DNA of 63,927 nucleotides from Thermoplasmata archaeon (GTDB lineage Archaea; Thermoplasmatota; Thermoplasmata; Lutacidiplasmatales; UBA184): NCBI GenBank assembly GCA_022750455.1, contig JAKIVR010000004.1, positions 1 to 63,927 of the forward strand, read 5' to 3'. Shown piece by piece: positions 55,267 to 63,927 of this stretch (position 1 is its first letter; each line of letters starts with the position of its first letter). The notes under the pieces were generated by a model. It saw only the letters and a program-made list of their open reading frames with translations, ran no database searches and was not told where the DNA came from. The position numbers and the translations under genes were made by a program.

Positions 55267-55311
55267 TATTTAACGAATACGTTTTTCGCTACACGATTTC
55301 GATTTTAGTAG
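55267..55311 (-). promoter_or_regulatory. dapA promoter: TATA box (55267-55273) with two upstream Lrp/LysM-like boxes (55277-55291, 55297-55311)
   Basis: Minus strand reads CTACTAAAATCGAAA-n5-TAGCGAAAAACGTAT-n3-TTAAATA-n25-ATG. Confidence 0.6.
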
Positions 55312-55496
55312 CATCTCTTGTTCGCCCGGTCTCCGCCTCCGTATCGTCCGTCGTGAAATCTCACCTTGCAATCCACCCTGTGCGGCCAATTCAGCCTCTG
55401 ATCTTCTTCCCGCACCGCGAGACGCGTCCCGTGATCTCACCGACCGCGAATGGGCCTCGCTACGCTTATGGCGCACCTCGTGTGGCGACTAATCCC

Positions 55497-55569
55497 GGGC
55501 TCGTAGTCCAGCGGTTAAGACGTCGCTCTCACACAGCGAAGATCGCCGGTTCGAATCCGGCCGAGCCCA
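55497..55569 (+). tRNA. tRNA-Val(CAC)
   Basis: GGGCTCG/CGAGCCC acceptor stem, TCGCT-CTCACAC-AGCGA anticodon arm, GCCGG TTCGAAT CCGGC. Confidence 0.96.
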
Positions 55570-55694
55570 CTCCGTCTATCGGGTAGTACCGATTGGCCCA
55601 ATTATTCACTCCGCCTGCAATCACTTGGGGGCTGGGCGACTGTAGTCCGGAAGTTCTTATTTTACCTCGACTTGCTGGTTTCCTGAGGACGCTG

Positions 55695-55994
55695 ATGGTC
55701 GATCGGGTTTATCGGTCGGACTTGCCCCGCCTTCGGAAAGTCCTCCTGAACATGAGGAAGGAGTTTCTCAAAGCTGACCCATCGACGGACTGGGTCCGAC
55801 TCAGAATTGATCCGTTGCTCACGCACTTAGATCAGCTCGGAATAATGGTCCACGTATGGGACTCCTCCCGACAACTGGGCGGGGTGCCAATGCTGCACTC
55901 CGACCTGGTCTATTTCCGGCAAAATGTGAGAGGCCTCCAACGAGTCCTCGCCTCAGAGCGAATGCGGACCCGGAAGCAAAGAAGCTCGATCTAG
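55695..55994 (+). CDS. Hypothetical helical protein
   Basis: MVDRVYRSDLPRL...MLHSDLVYFRQNVRGLQRVL; ATG 55695 preferred over TTG 55593. Confidence 0.55.
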   Translation: MVDRVYRSDLPRLRKVLLNMRKEFLKADPSTDWVRLRIDPLLTHLDQLGIMVHVWDSSRQLGGVPMLHSDLVYFRQNVRGLQRVLASERMRTRKQRSSI

Positions 55995-56083
55995 CATCTG
56001 AGCGGAGAACTCAGTTCTTGGCCCTCAAGAACGGTCCGATTACCCGACCCGATCGATCAAACCCTGCGGGCTAGACGCGCCCA

Positions 56084-57184
56084 CTAGGAGACTATCAGGA
56101 CGGCCGGCACCGTGTAGGACGACGGCGTGACGGTGACGTACATGTCCCCGCTCGGGGGATCGAAGACAATGTCGTAGGGGGTCCCATATGCCGACACGTT
56201 GAGCGTCTGCATCACGGTATAGTTGTGAACACTATCGATCTCGGAGACGCCCGTCGGCGCGACCTTTCCCCCGAAGTACATCCGGCCTGTCGTGGGAGAG
56301 TACGCGACCGAGTCGGCGTGGAAGTGGAGGTCGATCTTGGCTACGAACGTCCCATTCCCGTCGAATACGTACGTGAAGTTCGTGTCCGCGAAGGTGACGT
56401 AGGTCTTGTGGTTGAGCGCGTCGTACGCCAAGGCCTGTGGATTCCCGGTCTCGTTCGTGGAACGCAGTACGGCCCCCGTCTTCGCGCTGAGCGCCGTGAC
56501 CGTGCCCTGACTGTGGTGTCCGCTCTGAGTCGAAACCAGGATCGTGTTGTAAGCGTTCGAGTATGAAACGGCCACCGAGCAGTCCGGGACGTTGTAGTCC
56601 GTTACCGTCAGGCCGACGATGTAGCTTACGTTGTCCCGAGTGCAGGGTGACTCGTACCCCTCGGACGCGACCATTCCCGTTATCGCGGGGTCGTACGTGA
56701 GTCCGTCGATGTCCGTGGCGTTGCCGTTCGCGTGAAACACCTCCGTCGTACCGTAGATCTCGGCGAACCCGTGGTCTGGGGCCGACCCATACACCCTCAC
56801 GTCGACGGGATCGTACCCGAGCGCGGGGAACCCCACGTTGGACTGGCTTCCCGAGGTGGTGCAAAGGTTTGTGTAGAGCTGCAGGCCGTTAAACCCGCCA
56901 GGCCCGCTCATCCCGTTCCCTTCCCACACGTACAATACGCCGCTGTGGGCGTCGTATGTCTCGGACGCAGCGAACGTGTAGTTCCCGGTGTGACAGGCCG
57001 CGACGATCGAATCGGTGACCGGGGTCGGGGGCAGAGCGGCCAAAGTCGGGGTCGAGTGGCTAGCGGCGGGTGTCGAGGCCGCAGCCGGAACGGCGGCGAA
57101 GATGGCCACCTGAAGAAGAGCCACCCCCACGACAAACCCCCACCGCAGTCGGATTGGACGGCCCCGTTGCTTCGGAAAATCCAT
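56084..57184 (-). CDS. Secreted beta-propeller protein (YncE/YVTN-like)
   Basis: Signal peptide; repeated YD.....(V/T)YV units (YDAHSGVLYV, YDALNHKTYV, FDPPSGDMYV). Confidence 0.75.
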   Translation of the reverse strand: MDFPKQRGRPIRLRWGFVVGVALLQVAIFAAVPAAASTPAASHSTPTLAALPPTPVTDSIVAACHTGNYTFAASETYDAHSGVLYVWEGNGMSGPGGFNGLQLYTNLCTTSGSQSNVGFPALGYDPVDVRVYGSAPDHGFAEIYGTTEVFHANGNATDIDGLTYDPAITGMVASEGYESPCTRDNVSYIVGLTVTDYNVPDCSVAVSYSNAYNTILVSTQSGHHSQGTVTALSAKTGAVLRSTNETGNPQALAYDALNHKTYVTFADTNFTYVFDGNGTFVAKIDLHFHADSVAYSPTTGRMYFGGKVAPTGVSEIDSVHNYTVMQTLNVSAYGTPYDIVFDPPSGDMYVTVTPSSYTVPAVLIVS

Positions 57185-57655
57185 ACGGCACGCTCCTCGT
57201 GAGCTGTCCTTCTGGAAGTAAAAAGAGCATCGGAAGGACGAATATTCCCCCGGCCTCGTCCACCTCGCCATCTTCGGTCTCAAGCGCGGGGAGTTGACGC
57301 CGCAAGGCATAGTGCCCGCGGAGAATTAGTGTGGGGGCGGAATCCACCGCGCCGATCCCTATGCGAGAGGTCCGATCGATCCAACTGGGAGACTTCGGCA
57401 CGAGTTCTCCACTTTCTTTCTCTCAGTGAAATGGGGTTCGGGTGATGAAGCATGCCCCCAATCGTGTAAGAGGGGTAGTACCAATTCCTCAGTTTCTTGC
57501 AGGACCTATCCTGGCAGTCGACATTCAGTCGGCCAAGCGCGGTCGGTTGCCGCGCCCTCCATTCCTGGGCATATGGCATTCAATCCCGGGCGCCGCGTGG
57601 CTTTGTACGTATGTATGAGTGTGATGGACAGACTCGAGCAGGTCGAATCTTCCTC

Positions 57656-58342
57656 ATGCCGCGAACAAGGTGCAAGGGGATTTTCGCGCGGGCTGACGCG
57701 GTGCTGGCAGCCGCGGTCCTGGTCGTCGCGTGCTTCCTCTACCTCTCGGCCGCGGGCCCGACCGCGGCGGCCCCCCGCGACTGCTCGAAATCCACGGCCG
57801 CACCGCAGACGGTCGCACCGGGTGGGGAATCGCCCTCTCGCGCCAGTTGCGTGGGCGTCCGGGCCGATGCGGCCAACAACTGTACGGGGCCCGCCACCGC
57901 GCCCGAAACCGTCGCAGCGGGCTGGAACGCCTCCTTCCGGGCGGGGTGCTACGATGCCGCGGGGAACCTGATGGGAGGCTCGGAGCTCATGTACCTGGTG
58001 GGCCACAACGGGATGCTGTTCGCTGCCGTCGGCTACTGGGAAGATTCCGCCAACGTCTGCTACGGTGGCAACAATTCGAGCGAGGGTTGGGGACAGATCC
58101 TACGTCTGGACCAACCGAACGGACACTGGGCGGTGGATCTGAACCTGACTGGGGTGGTCCGGCCCGAGGTCCTCAAGTCGGTGACGTTCACCACGAACGC
58201 GGAGGGGCAGCCTCTGAGCAAATCCGTCACCCTACTGGTTTCAGGAGGTTATTCGACCACCACCGGCGACGTCGACCTGTACACCCGAAACGACCCCGAG
58301 ACCACGATTCGAGTTCGGCCCGTTCGTCCGGTGTCAGCGTGA
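57656..58342 (+). pseudogene. Secreted protein gene, probably 3'-truncated near 58295
   Basis: Signal peptide and propeller-like sequence ending abruptly at LYTRND; the remaining codons are read from a copy of the unclassified repeat. Confidence 0.5.
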
Positions 58343-58355
58343 TTGGAAGGGCAAC
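58319..58355. repeat. Unclassified repeat, copy 4 (partial)
   Basis: CCCGTTCGTCCGGTGTCAGCGTGATTGGAAGGGCAAC aligns with reverse complement of 42838-42878 (CCCATTTCGTCCGGCATCGGCGAAGTGATTGGTAGGTAAC) and with 41571-41612. Confidence 0.65.
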
Positions 58356-58420
58356 GCGGATGCCACCTCATGGGGATGACTGCAATTATACTATCGCCCA
58401 ATAATGTTACTAGGCACTAG

Positions 58421-59879
58421 TTCTACTGTGTCATAAACAAGATAACCTCTCACCCCTGTCCTCGTGGCATGCCCCCGGTTTCCGTCCTCGAAGAACGCCG
58501 CTTTGATGCCTACCTGGAACACCTCGCGTCGGCGGTGGGACACCACGATCGTCACGAGCCTCTGCGGGCTTACCTGGTCGGTCTCTGCCTCCCGGGCGAA
58601 CGGAAGAGCATCGAACCTATGGCCGCCCGCGTGGATCCTCGCCATGTCTCAGCTCGACACCAGTCGCTCCACCATTTCGTAGCGCTGGCTCCGTGGGAGG
58701 ACCGGGCTCTCGTGCGTGTGGCCTATCGTGAGGTCCTCGACCAGATGGATCGTCACGGCGGAGTGATGGCGTGGTCCCTTGACGACACCGGCATGCCGAA
58801 GAAGGGAACTCACTCCGTCGGAGTGGCCCGTCAGTACTGTGGCAACCTTGGCAAGCAGGACAATTGTCAGGTGGCGGTCTCGCTCAGTCTCGTGAACGAG
58901 GCGGTGAGCGTTCCCGCGGCCTACCGCCTCTATCTCCCTGAGGAGTGGGCCAAAGACAGGGCTCGTCGCCGCGAGGCCGGCGTTCCCGAGGAACTCCCAT
59001 TCCGGACCAAGGGACAGATCGCCCTCGAAGAGATCGACCTCCTTCGTGCCGAGGGTGTGCCCGAAGCTCCCGTAGTGGCCGACGCCGGGTATGGTACTTC
59101 CGTGGAGCTCCGCCAGGGACTCACCGAGCGTACGATCCCTTACGTCGTGGGGATCCAAAGCTCGGCCACCCTTTGGCCGCCGGGAAAGGGGCCGTTGGCG
59201 CCGGCGCAATGGAAGGGCGACGGTCGCCGACCGACCTTACTCCGACGGGATGAGAATCACCGTCCGATCGACGCGCTGTCACTGGCCCGTGGTCTTCCCA
59301 AGAGCGCCTGGGAAACGGTGGTGTGGCGCGAGGGAACGAAGGCAGTGCTCTCGTCCCGATTTGCCCGCGTGGTGGTTCGAGTAGCTCACCGCGACTACAA
59401 TCGGCGGACCGTTCGGCCCGCTGAGTGGTTGCTGATTGAGTGGCCTGAGGGAGATCCCGCGCCGACCAAGTACTGGCTGTCGACGATGCCATCGGAAACG
59501 TCGATGGAGATGCTGGTCCGTCTCGCGAAGGTGCGGTGGAGGATCGAGAGAGACTACGAGGAGCTGAAACAGGAGTTTGGGCTCGATCAATTCGAGGGAC
59601 GCGGGTGGCGTGGGTTCCATCATCACGCGACCCTTTGCATCGCGGCCTACGGGTTCCTGGCAGCCGAACGGGCCCGCCTTTCCCCCCCTCGGCCTCTATC
59701 GTTCCTACGCGCAGCTCGACTACCCAGAGGCTTCCACCCCCGAGGGTCTCCTCGTTCGTCCTGAGCGGCACGTCAGTAGCTCGATCACCACATTCCGACT
59801 GACGTACGCACGAGCCTGGCTCGAGGATCACCCCTGCGGGTGGTGCGGGAGGGAATCGTAGTTTAGTGACACAGTAGAA
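58421..59879 (+). mobile_element. IS701 family insertion sequence, apparently intact
   Basis: Left TIR TTCTACTGTGTCATAAAC (58421-58438), right TIR GTTTAGTGACACAGTAGAA (59861-59879), flanked by CTAG duplication at 58417-58420 and 59880-59883. Confidence 0.93.
58469..59764 (+). CDS. IS701 family DDE transposase
   Basis: LDDTGMPKKGTHSVGVARQYCG, VADAGYG, RWRIERDYEELKQEFGL. Confidence 0.95.
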   Translation: MPPVSVLEERRFDAYLEHLASAVGHHDRHEPLRAYLVGLCLPGERKSIEPMAARVDPRHVSARHQSLHHFVALAPWEDRALVRVAYREVLDQMDRHGGVMAWSLDDTGMPKKGTHSVGVARQYCGNLGKQDNCQVAVSLSLVNEAVSVPAAYRLYLPEEWAKDRARRREAGVPEELPFRTKGQIALEEIDLLRAEGVPEAPVVADAGYGTSVELRQGLTERTIPYVVGIQSSATLWPPGKGPLAPAQWKGDGRRPTLLRRDENHRPIDALSLARGLPKSAWETVVWREGTKAVLSSRFARVVVRVAHRDYNRRTVRPAEWLLIEWPEGDPAPTKYWLSTMPSETSMEMLVRLAKVRWRIERDYEELKQEFGLDQFEGRGWRGFHHHATLCIAAYGFLAAERARLSPPRPLSFLRAARLPRGFHPRGSPRSS

Positions 59880-59982
59880 CTAGGATCAGCGCGGCCGCGG
59901 GACTCGTGGAGGGCAGCTTCCGCTGAACTCATCGGCCGGGCTTCGATACCGCGGGCACTGGATTTCTGGCTAGTCCGCGAGA

Positions 59983-61020
59983 TTGTTGTCGTCGGTGTCG
60001 GTGTCGGAACGGCTTTTTATCAACTACAACCCTCCTGCCAAAGGGGAGGTCACGTTGGGGGAACGCGTGGGGGCGGATTCACGCACGGGACCCGTCGAAT
60101 CCTTCCTAGTCCGGCATGTTCGCGCGAACCCGGGACTTGAGTTCCGAGCCATCATCCAAGCGACCCAAGCCTCGTGCCACGTTTCCAGGGCTACTGCCGC
60201 CCGACATCTATCGCGCCTCGTAGGACTTGGCGGAGTGAAACTTCGCCCCGATCGCACGTACGTATTGGGAGAGCCGATGACGCCTGCGCCACGGGCGGTT
60301 GTGGAGATTCGTTGGTCCGATGAGGCTGTCATCATCCGCCCAGATGGAACGGCACGGGTCTTTACCCAGCGGGAATTCCGGGTGGTATCTGGACGGCTGG
60401 AGCACCTCGAATTTACGCTCCCAAGGCCGGCACGTCAGTTCATATGGTGGTGTTCGACCGCCGGTCAGTTGACGGAGATCCCCGCCGCTCGCGCGCCAAC
60501 CCGAGAGTGTACGTATCATCTCGAATTCGCGACGCCCCTCACGGCTCAGAAGCCCAGTTGGCAGTGGATCAGCGTGAATGCCGATTTACCCCGATGGTAT
60601 CGAATGGCCGCCGGTACTGCAGCTAAGTCTCGGGGCGTGGTGGCGCACAACAAATTCGATACGGAGTCCGAGTCGATCTTGGTGCCGAGCCAGAACCAGC
60701 GTTTTCGGCAACGCCTGACGACGGACGCGCATCTGCGTCTTCAGGTGATGCTCCCCGAGGGTTACCCGGCTGGACCAGCTCAATGCCGAGTCCGCTTCCT
60801 CACGGAAGCGGATCACGTGGACACCACGGAGGAGCTGCGATTGGCCGAGCTCGGTCGCAATCCTTCCAATCAAGACGGCTTTCGCCAGTTTGGCAAGACG
60901 TTCACGCTTTCGGTCCCACACCATTTACTGGACCGGCGATATGAAATCGAATGGGAGCTTCCCACCGCGGCCCAGCGGGACCGCTGGCTCGGTGCCAAGC
61001 ACCGGTCCACGCAGCCCTGA
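59983..61020 (+). CDS. Hypothetical protein: N-terminal winged HTH plus beta-rich C-terminal domain; start uncertain
   Basis: VSRATAARHLSRLVGLGGVKLRPDRTYVL wHTH; alternating beta-strand pattern downstream. Confidence 0.65.
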   Translation: MLSSVSVSERLFINYNPPAKGEVTLGERVGADSRTGPVESFLVRHVRANPGLEFRAIIQATQASCHVSRATAARHLSRLVGLGGVKLRPDRTYVLGEPMTPAPRAVVEIRWSDEAVIIRPDGTARVFTQREFRVVSGRLEHLEFTLPRPARQFIWWCSTAGQLTEIPAARAPTRECTYHLEFATPLTAQKPSWQWISVNADLPRWYRMAAGTAAKSRGVVAHNKFDTESESILVPSQNQRFRQRLTTDAHLRLQVMLPEGYPAGPAQCRVRFLTEADHVDTTEELRLAELGRNPSNQDGFRQFGKTFTLSVPHHLLDRRYEIEWELPTAAQRDRWLGAKHRSTQP

Positions 61021-61272
61021 GCCAGGGAGATGGATTTCCTTTCGATGGCTCGCTGAAGCCAGTCTTCCCCCTCCAGTCAGGAGAGAAACCAGAACAGCCG
61101 ACTGACCCTAATCACCGGGCGAGGGTTCAACGCATGCCATTGTGAGATGTCTCAACTTCCGGGCGTTTTAAGAATGATGACAAGATTCACCACGTCAATT
61201 CGAATGCCGGGCGCGTACTGGGAACGGGCTGCAAAGAGCGGAGAATCACTGGCCCTAGAAGGACAGGGGCGA

Positions 61273-63927
61273 ATGAGCCGGGTCACACCATCGGGGGGGT
61301 GGGAAGTCCTATTACGGGTCAAGATCGGAAATGGTTCGGAACGACCCTCCCGGCGCTGCCGGTACTCTGGGGACGCTCGCGCGAGAGACACGCAGAGGCT
61401 CGTCGTTGTTCTCGCTCTAGCGATGGTTGGGTCGAGCATGGTCTTGGGAGGGACCTTTCTGGCCGGAAACGACATCTCGTCGGGTCACCCTGCCTCGACA
61501 GCAAAGCTGAGTCATGTCGGAACCTCTCCCTCATCGGCAGCCCCTCGGGTTTTCGGGGATCGTCCGGCACCCTCAAGCAACCCATCGCTGTCCGAACTCT
61601 TCTTCCAGAACAACTCGAGTGTAGCCACGACCAGCTTCAATTCCACGAACGAAGTGTGCTACGACTACCAGGGTACCTGCTTCGATTGGTATAATGAGTC
61701 GAGTTCGCCGAACCTCCTGGCCCTACCGGATGGGAACGTTGGACTCTCCTACCAGACCATCGTCAATACGTCCCAGACCGTCTGTAACTGGCCCATCAAC
61801 CAGACAGTATCGCACATCGCGTATTCCGTTTCCTCCAACGGGGGCGTGGATTGGCTGACACCGACCTACCTCGGTGACACGAATGCCACCTGTCCGTACA
61901 ATCAGGAGCTGGAACCCTCGTTCACTACCAATAGTTCCGGTTCGGTCATAGGTGTGTATGTGGGCGCCAATGTGAGCTTGTACGGACTCGGCAACCAATC
62001 CACCACATTCTGGGGGGTCGCTCCTCAACCCCTCATTGGGTATGTAAACCGGACATCGGATGCACTCATTTTCATCAATTCTTCGAACGGGGGTGAGACG
62101 TTCTCCAATGGGACAATCATTACCTCCGCGGACAGTGGGAACATCGCCCGGCCGGCGATCGCCACTTTTGGCCAGACCATCTACGTGGTGTATGAGAATA
62201 TTAGCAACGGCTCGACACCGCTTCCTGGCACCAGTCCGCCAGCGGGAGTCTTGGCTACTTTCTCGGGGGACAGTCCCATCTCAGTGGATCTGGTCGCTTC
62301 CCTCAACGGAGGTCGGACGTGGAGTAATCCTGTGACATTGCCAGGAGAAAATGTTAGTGAGAATTACACCGCGATGTCTCCATCGATCTCCGTGTCGTCC
62401 ACGGGGGAAGTAGCCGTGGCATACGTGACGAACCGGACTTGCCTCGCCAATTGCTCACCAACTCCCGAGTGGTTCTCCGAGTTCTGCGACGACGTGGTTG
62501 TGGCCACTTCAACAGACAACGGATCATCGTGGACGCTGAGCACCGTCTTCCGTGGTACAGGTGAGCCGGTCACGTCGTGGACGTTTCAAGCCGCGGGGGG
62601 TGCGACACTTGGACGAGGATCGTTCGTCTACTTTGATTCGGATCCTGGCTTTTGGTCGGTCGGATATTCGGGATTCGGCCTAGCTGCGCTCTTCCAATAT
62701 GCTCCGCCCACTGCCATTGTATGGAATACCAGCGGTCCGGACCTTTTCGTCGCCTGGGGTGGTTCATCGAATCAGAGCGAACACGATTGGTTGAGCTCTG
62801 GTGCTTTCGCGTACCAGGCCTTATACACAGCGACGTCCCGCAACGATGGCGCGACGTGGAGTTCGCAACAACTGGGGTACACGGGCGGGTCTACCCAAGG
62901 AGTGATCAATGAACCGGGTGGGCATGAACCTCAAGAGAGCGAAGCCTATCCGCTCAACTACTATAATGTTGGGCTCACGGTTTCCCGTGGCGTCGTCTAT
63001 CTGAGCTATCAAACCAGCAACCAGTCGGCTCCTTTGAAATCCGGGGATACAAACCTTTGCGGTCTCCCTATATTCACGGGTTACGACCAGGCCACAGTCG
63101 AGTGGTTGACGAATAGCACTGACGGTATCCACTGGTCGTCGCCACTTCCTATCGTGATAGATGGTACCCCGTACATGGCCGATTCCATCACCACGCCTTA
63201 TCTCGCGTACAATTCGGCGGTCCTCATTCAGAACAATACTCCGATTATCGCCTCGAGCATGCCTTCCACGTGCCTCTGGTTGGATTTCTATGGGATCCGA
63301 AGCTGCACCCTCTCATTTCAAGACGAGCAAACGGTTACATCGAACCTCGACGTGGCGACGGTCTCCCATCCCCCGACCCTCTCACTGACGGTCAAAGAAG
63401 TCGGCTTGCCCTCAGGTACTAATTGGTCGGCGGCAATCTCGGGGAACCAGTTCGAACAGTCCACTGCGTCATTCTTCGCTGACGTGCCAGACGGGTTGCC
63501 TTTCCTCTTGGATCCCGCTAATCCAATCTACGCGGACGGTCAGGAGTTCCTCACCTACACCGGCGGAGGTCAATACAATTTTTCCGCGAACGGTAGCGTC
63601 ACCGTCCGCTATACCACCGTTCAGTCGTTCAATTTTGATCTGACGGGGTACGACCCAGTCATCAATATCATGATCATGAACCAAACCTGGGGTTTCGGAT
63701 ACTCCTCCGAATACCAACTCACTTTTGCATCTCCGGCTGTTGGATGGACTCTCGCTACTTACGGTTGTTCGATGCCGTGGTACCTTCCAAGCGGGTTCGT
63801 CCTGAATGTGACGAATTCGGATGAGGTCGATTCGAACCTCAATTACCAGAGCCTCGCAACCCCGACCTATTGGGCTGGGTCTGGGGCGGGCAACTACACG
63901 GGACCGTCTACCAGCTATTCGGTGGTC
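61273..63927 (+). CDS. Large secreted/surface glycoprotein with six Asp-box (BNR) repeats, partial (runs off window end)
   Basis: Manually read open frame, absent from ORF track; hydrophobic signal; SSNGGVDW, SSNGGETF, SLNGGRTW, STDNGSSW, SRNDGATW, STDGIHW; VKEVGLPSGTNWS; many N-x-S/T sequons. Confidence 0.85.
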   Translation, partial: MSRVTPSGGWEVLLRVKIGNGSERPSRRCRYSGDARARDTQRLVVVLALAMVGSSMVLGGTFLAGNDISSGHPASTAKLSHVGTSPSSAAPRVFGDRPAPSSNPSLSELFFQNNSSVATTSFNSTNEVCYDYQGTCFDWYNESSSPNLLALPDGNVGLSYQTIVNTSQTVCNWPINQTVSHIAYSVSSNGGVDWLTPTYLGDTNATCPYNQELEPSFTTNSSGSVIGVYVGANVSLYGLGNQSTTFWGVAPQPLIGYVNRTSDALIFINSSNGGETFSNGTIITSADSGNIARPAIATFGQTIYVVYENISNGSTPLPGTSPPAGVLATFSGDSPISVDLVASLNGGRTWSNPVTLPGENVSENYTAMSPSISVSSTGEVAVAYVTNRTCLANCSPTPEWFSEFCDDVVVATSTDNGSSWTLSTVFRGTGEPVTSWTFQAAGGATLGRGSFVYFDSDPGFWSVGYSGFGLAALFQYAPPTAIVWNTSGPDLFVAWGGSSNQSEHDWLSSGAFAYQALYTATSRNDGATWSSQQLGYTGGSTQGVINEPGGHEPQESEAYPLNYYNVGLTVSRGVVYLSYQTSNQSAPLKSGDTNLCGLPIFTGYDQATVEWLTNSTDGIHWSSPLPIVIDGTPYMADSITTPYLAYNSAVLIQNNTPIIASSMPSTCLWLDFYGIRSCTLSFQDEQTVTSNLDVATVSHPPTLSLTVKEVGLPSGTNWSAAISGNQFEQSTASFFADVPDGLPFLLDPANPIYADGQEFLTYTGGGQYNFSANGSVTVRYTTVQSFNFDLTGYDPVINIMIMNQTWGFGYSSEYQLTFASPAVGWTLATYGCSMPWYLPSGFVLNVTNSDEVDSNLNYQSLATPTYWAGSGAGNYTGPSTSYSVV

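Noticed and set aside
55345-55441. Two GTGA...TCAC words (55353-55364 and 55431-55440) with similar flanks
   Set aside because: Different spacer lengths and short matches; could be chance.
59577-59861. Second frame at the IS701 3' end (RPERHVSSSITT...CGWC) suggesting a frameshift
   Set aside because: The main ORF already contains the full DDE domain; similar overlapping tails occur in IS701 relatives as I recall, and no slippery site was identified.
1-63927. Many long Arg/Gly/Pro-rich ORFs in the six-frame track
   Set aside because: Shadow frames of real genes in GC-rich DNA.
1-63927. CRISPR array, rRNA genes, selenocysteine or pyrrolysine read-through
   Set aside because: No regularly spaced repeats, rRNA signatures or in-frame-stop-split conserved genes were seen.

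Overview
GC-rich archaeal chromosomal window, most likely Thermoplasmata. The lineage call rests on a SecY with two extra N-terminal TM helices, a Cbf5 lacking the usual N-terminal segment, no L34e/L14e beside cmk, and an E.GLPSGT.W-type surface-protein motif. Positions 1-25.4 kb hold housekeeping genes (prs, eIF2-gamma, S6e, A24 peptidase, B12-binding subunit and meaB, aquaporin, FKBP, PCNA, thiolase, a divergent CysRS-like gene, cbf5, cmk, secY). A ~4 kb accessory block splits secY from L15. The L3-to-L15 ribosomal superoperon runs on the minus strand from 29.35 to 41.4 kb. Next come a Fic/Doc gene bracketed by an unrecognised repeat family, ilvA-like, tRNA-Arg(UCU) with a T-loop intron, purA, a LysM-like Lrp regulator, a DAP-pathway lysine operon and tRNA-Val(CAC). 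The last ~8 kb is an accessory region with surface proteins and an intact IS701-family element. Best leads: (1) the repeat family around the Fic gene, which recurs at a gene-truncation point 16 kb away; (2) the noncanonical tRNA intron; (3) LysM-like boxes in front of a DAP (not AAA) lysine operon that lacks asd and dapF; (4) a CysRS-like protein lacking the anticodon domain. All calls were made by eye and no database searches were run.
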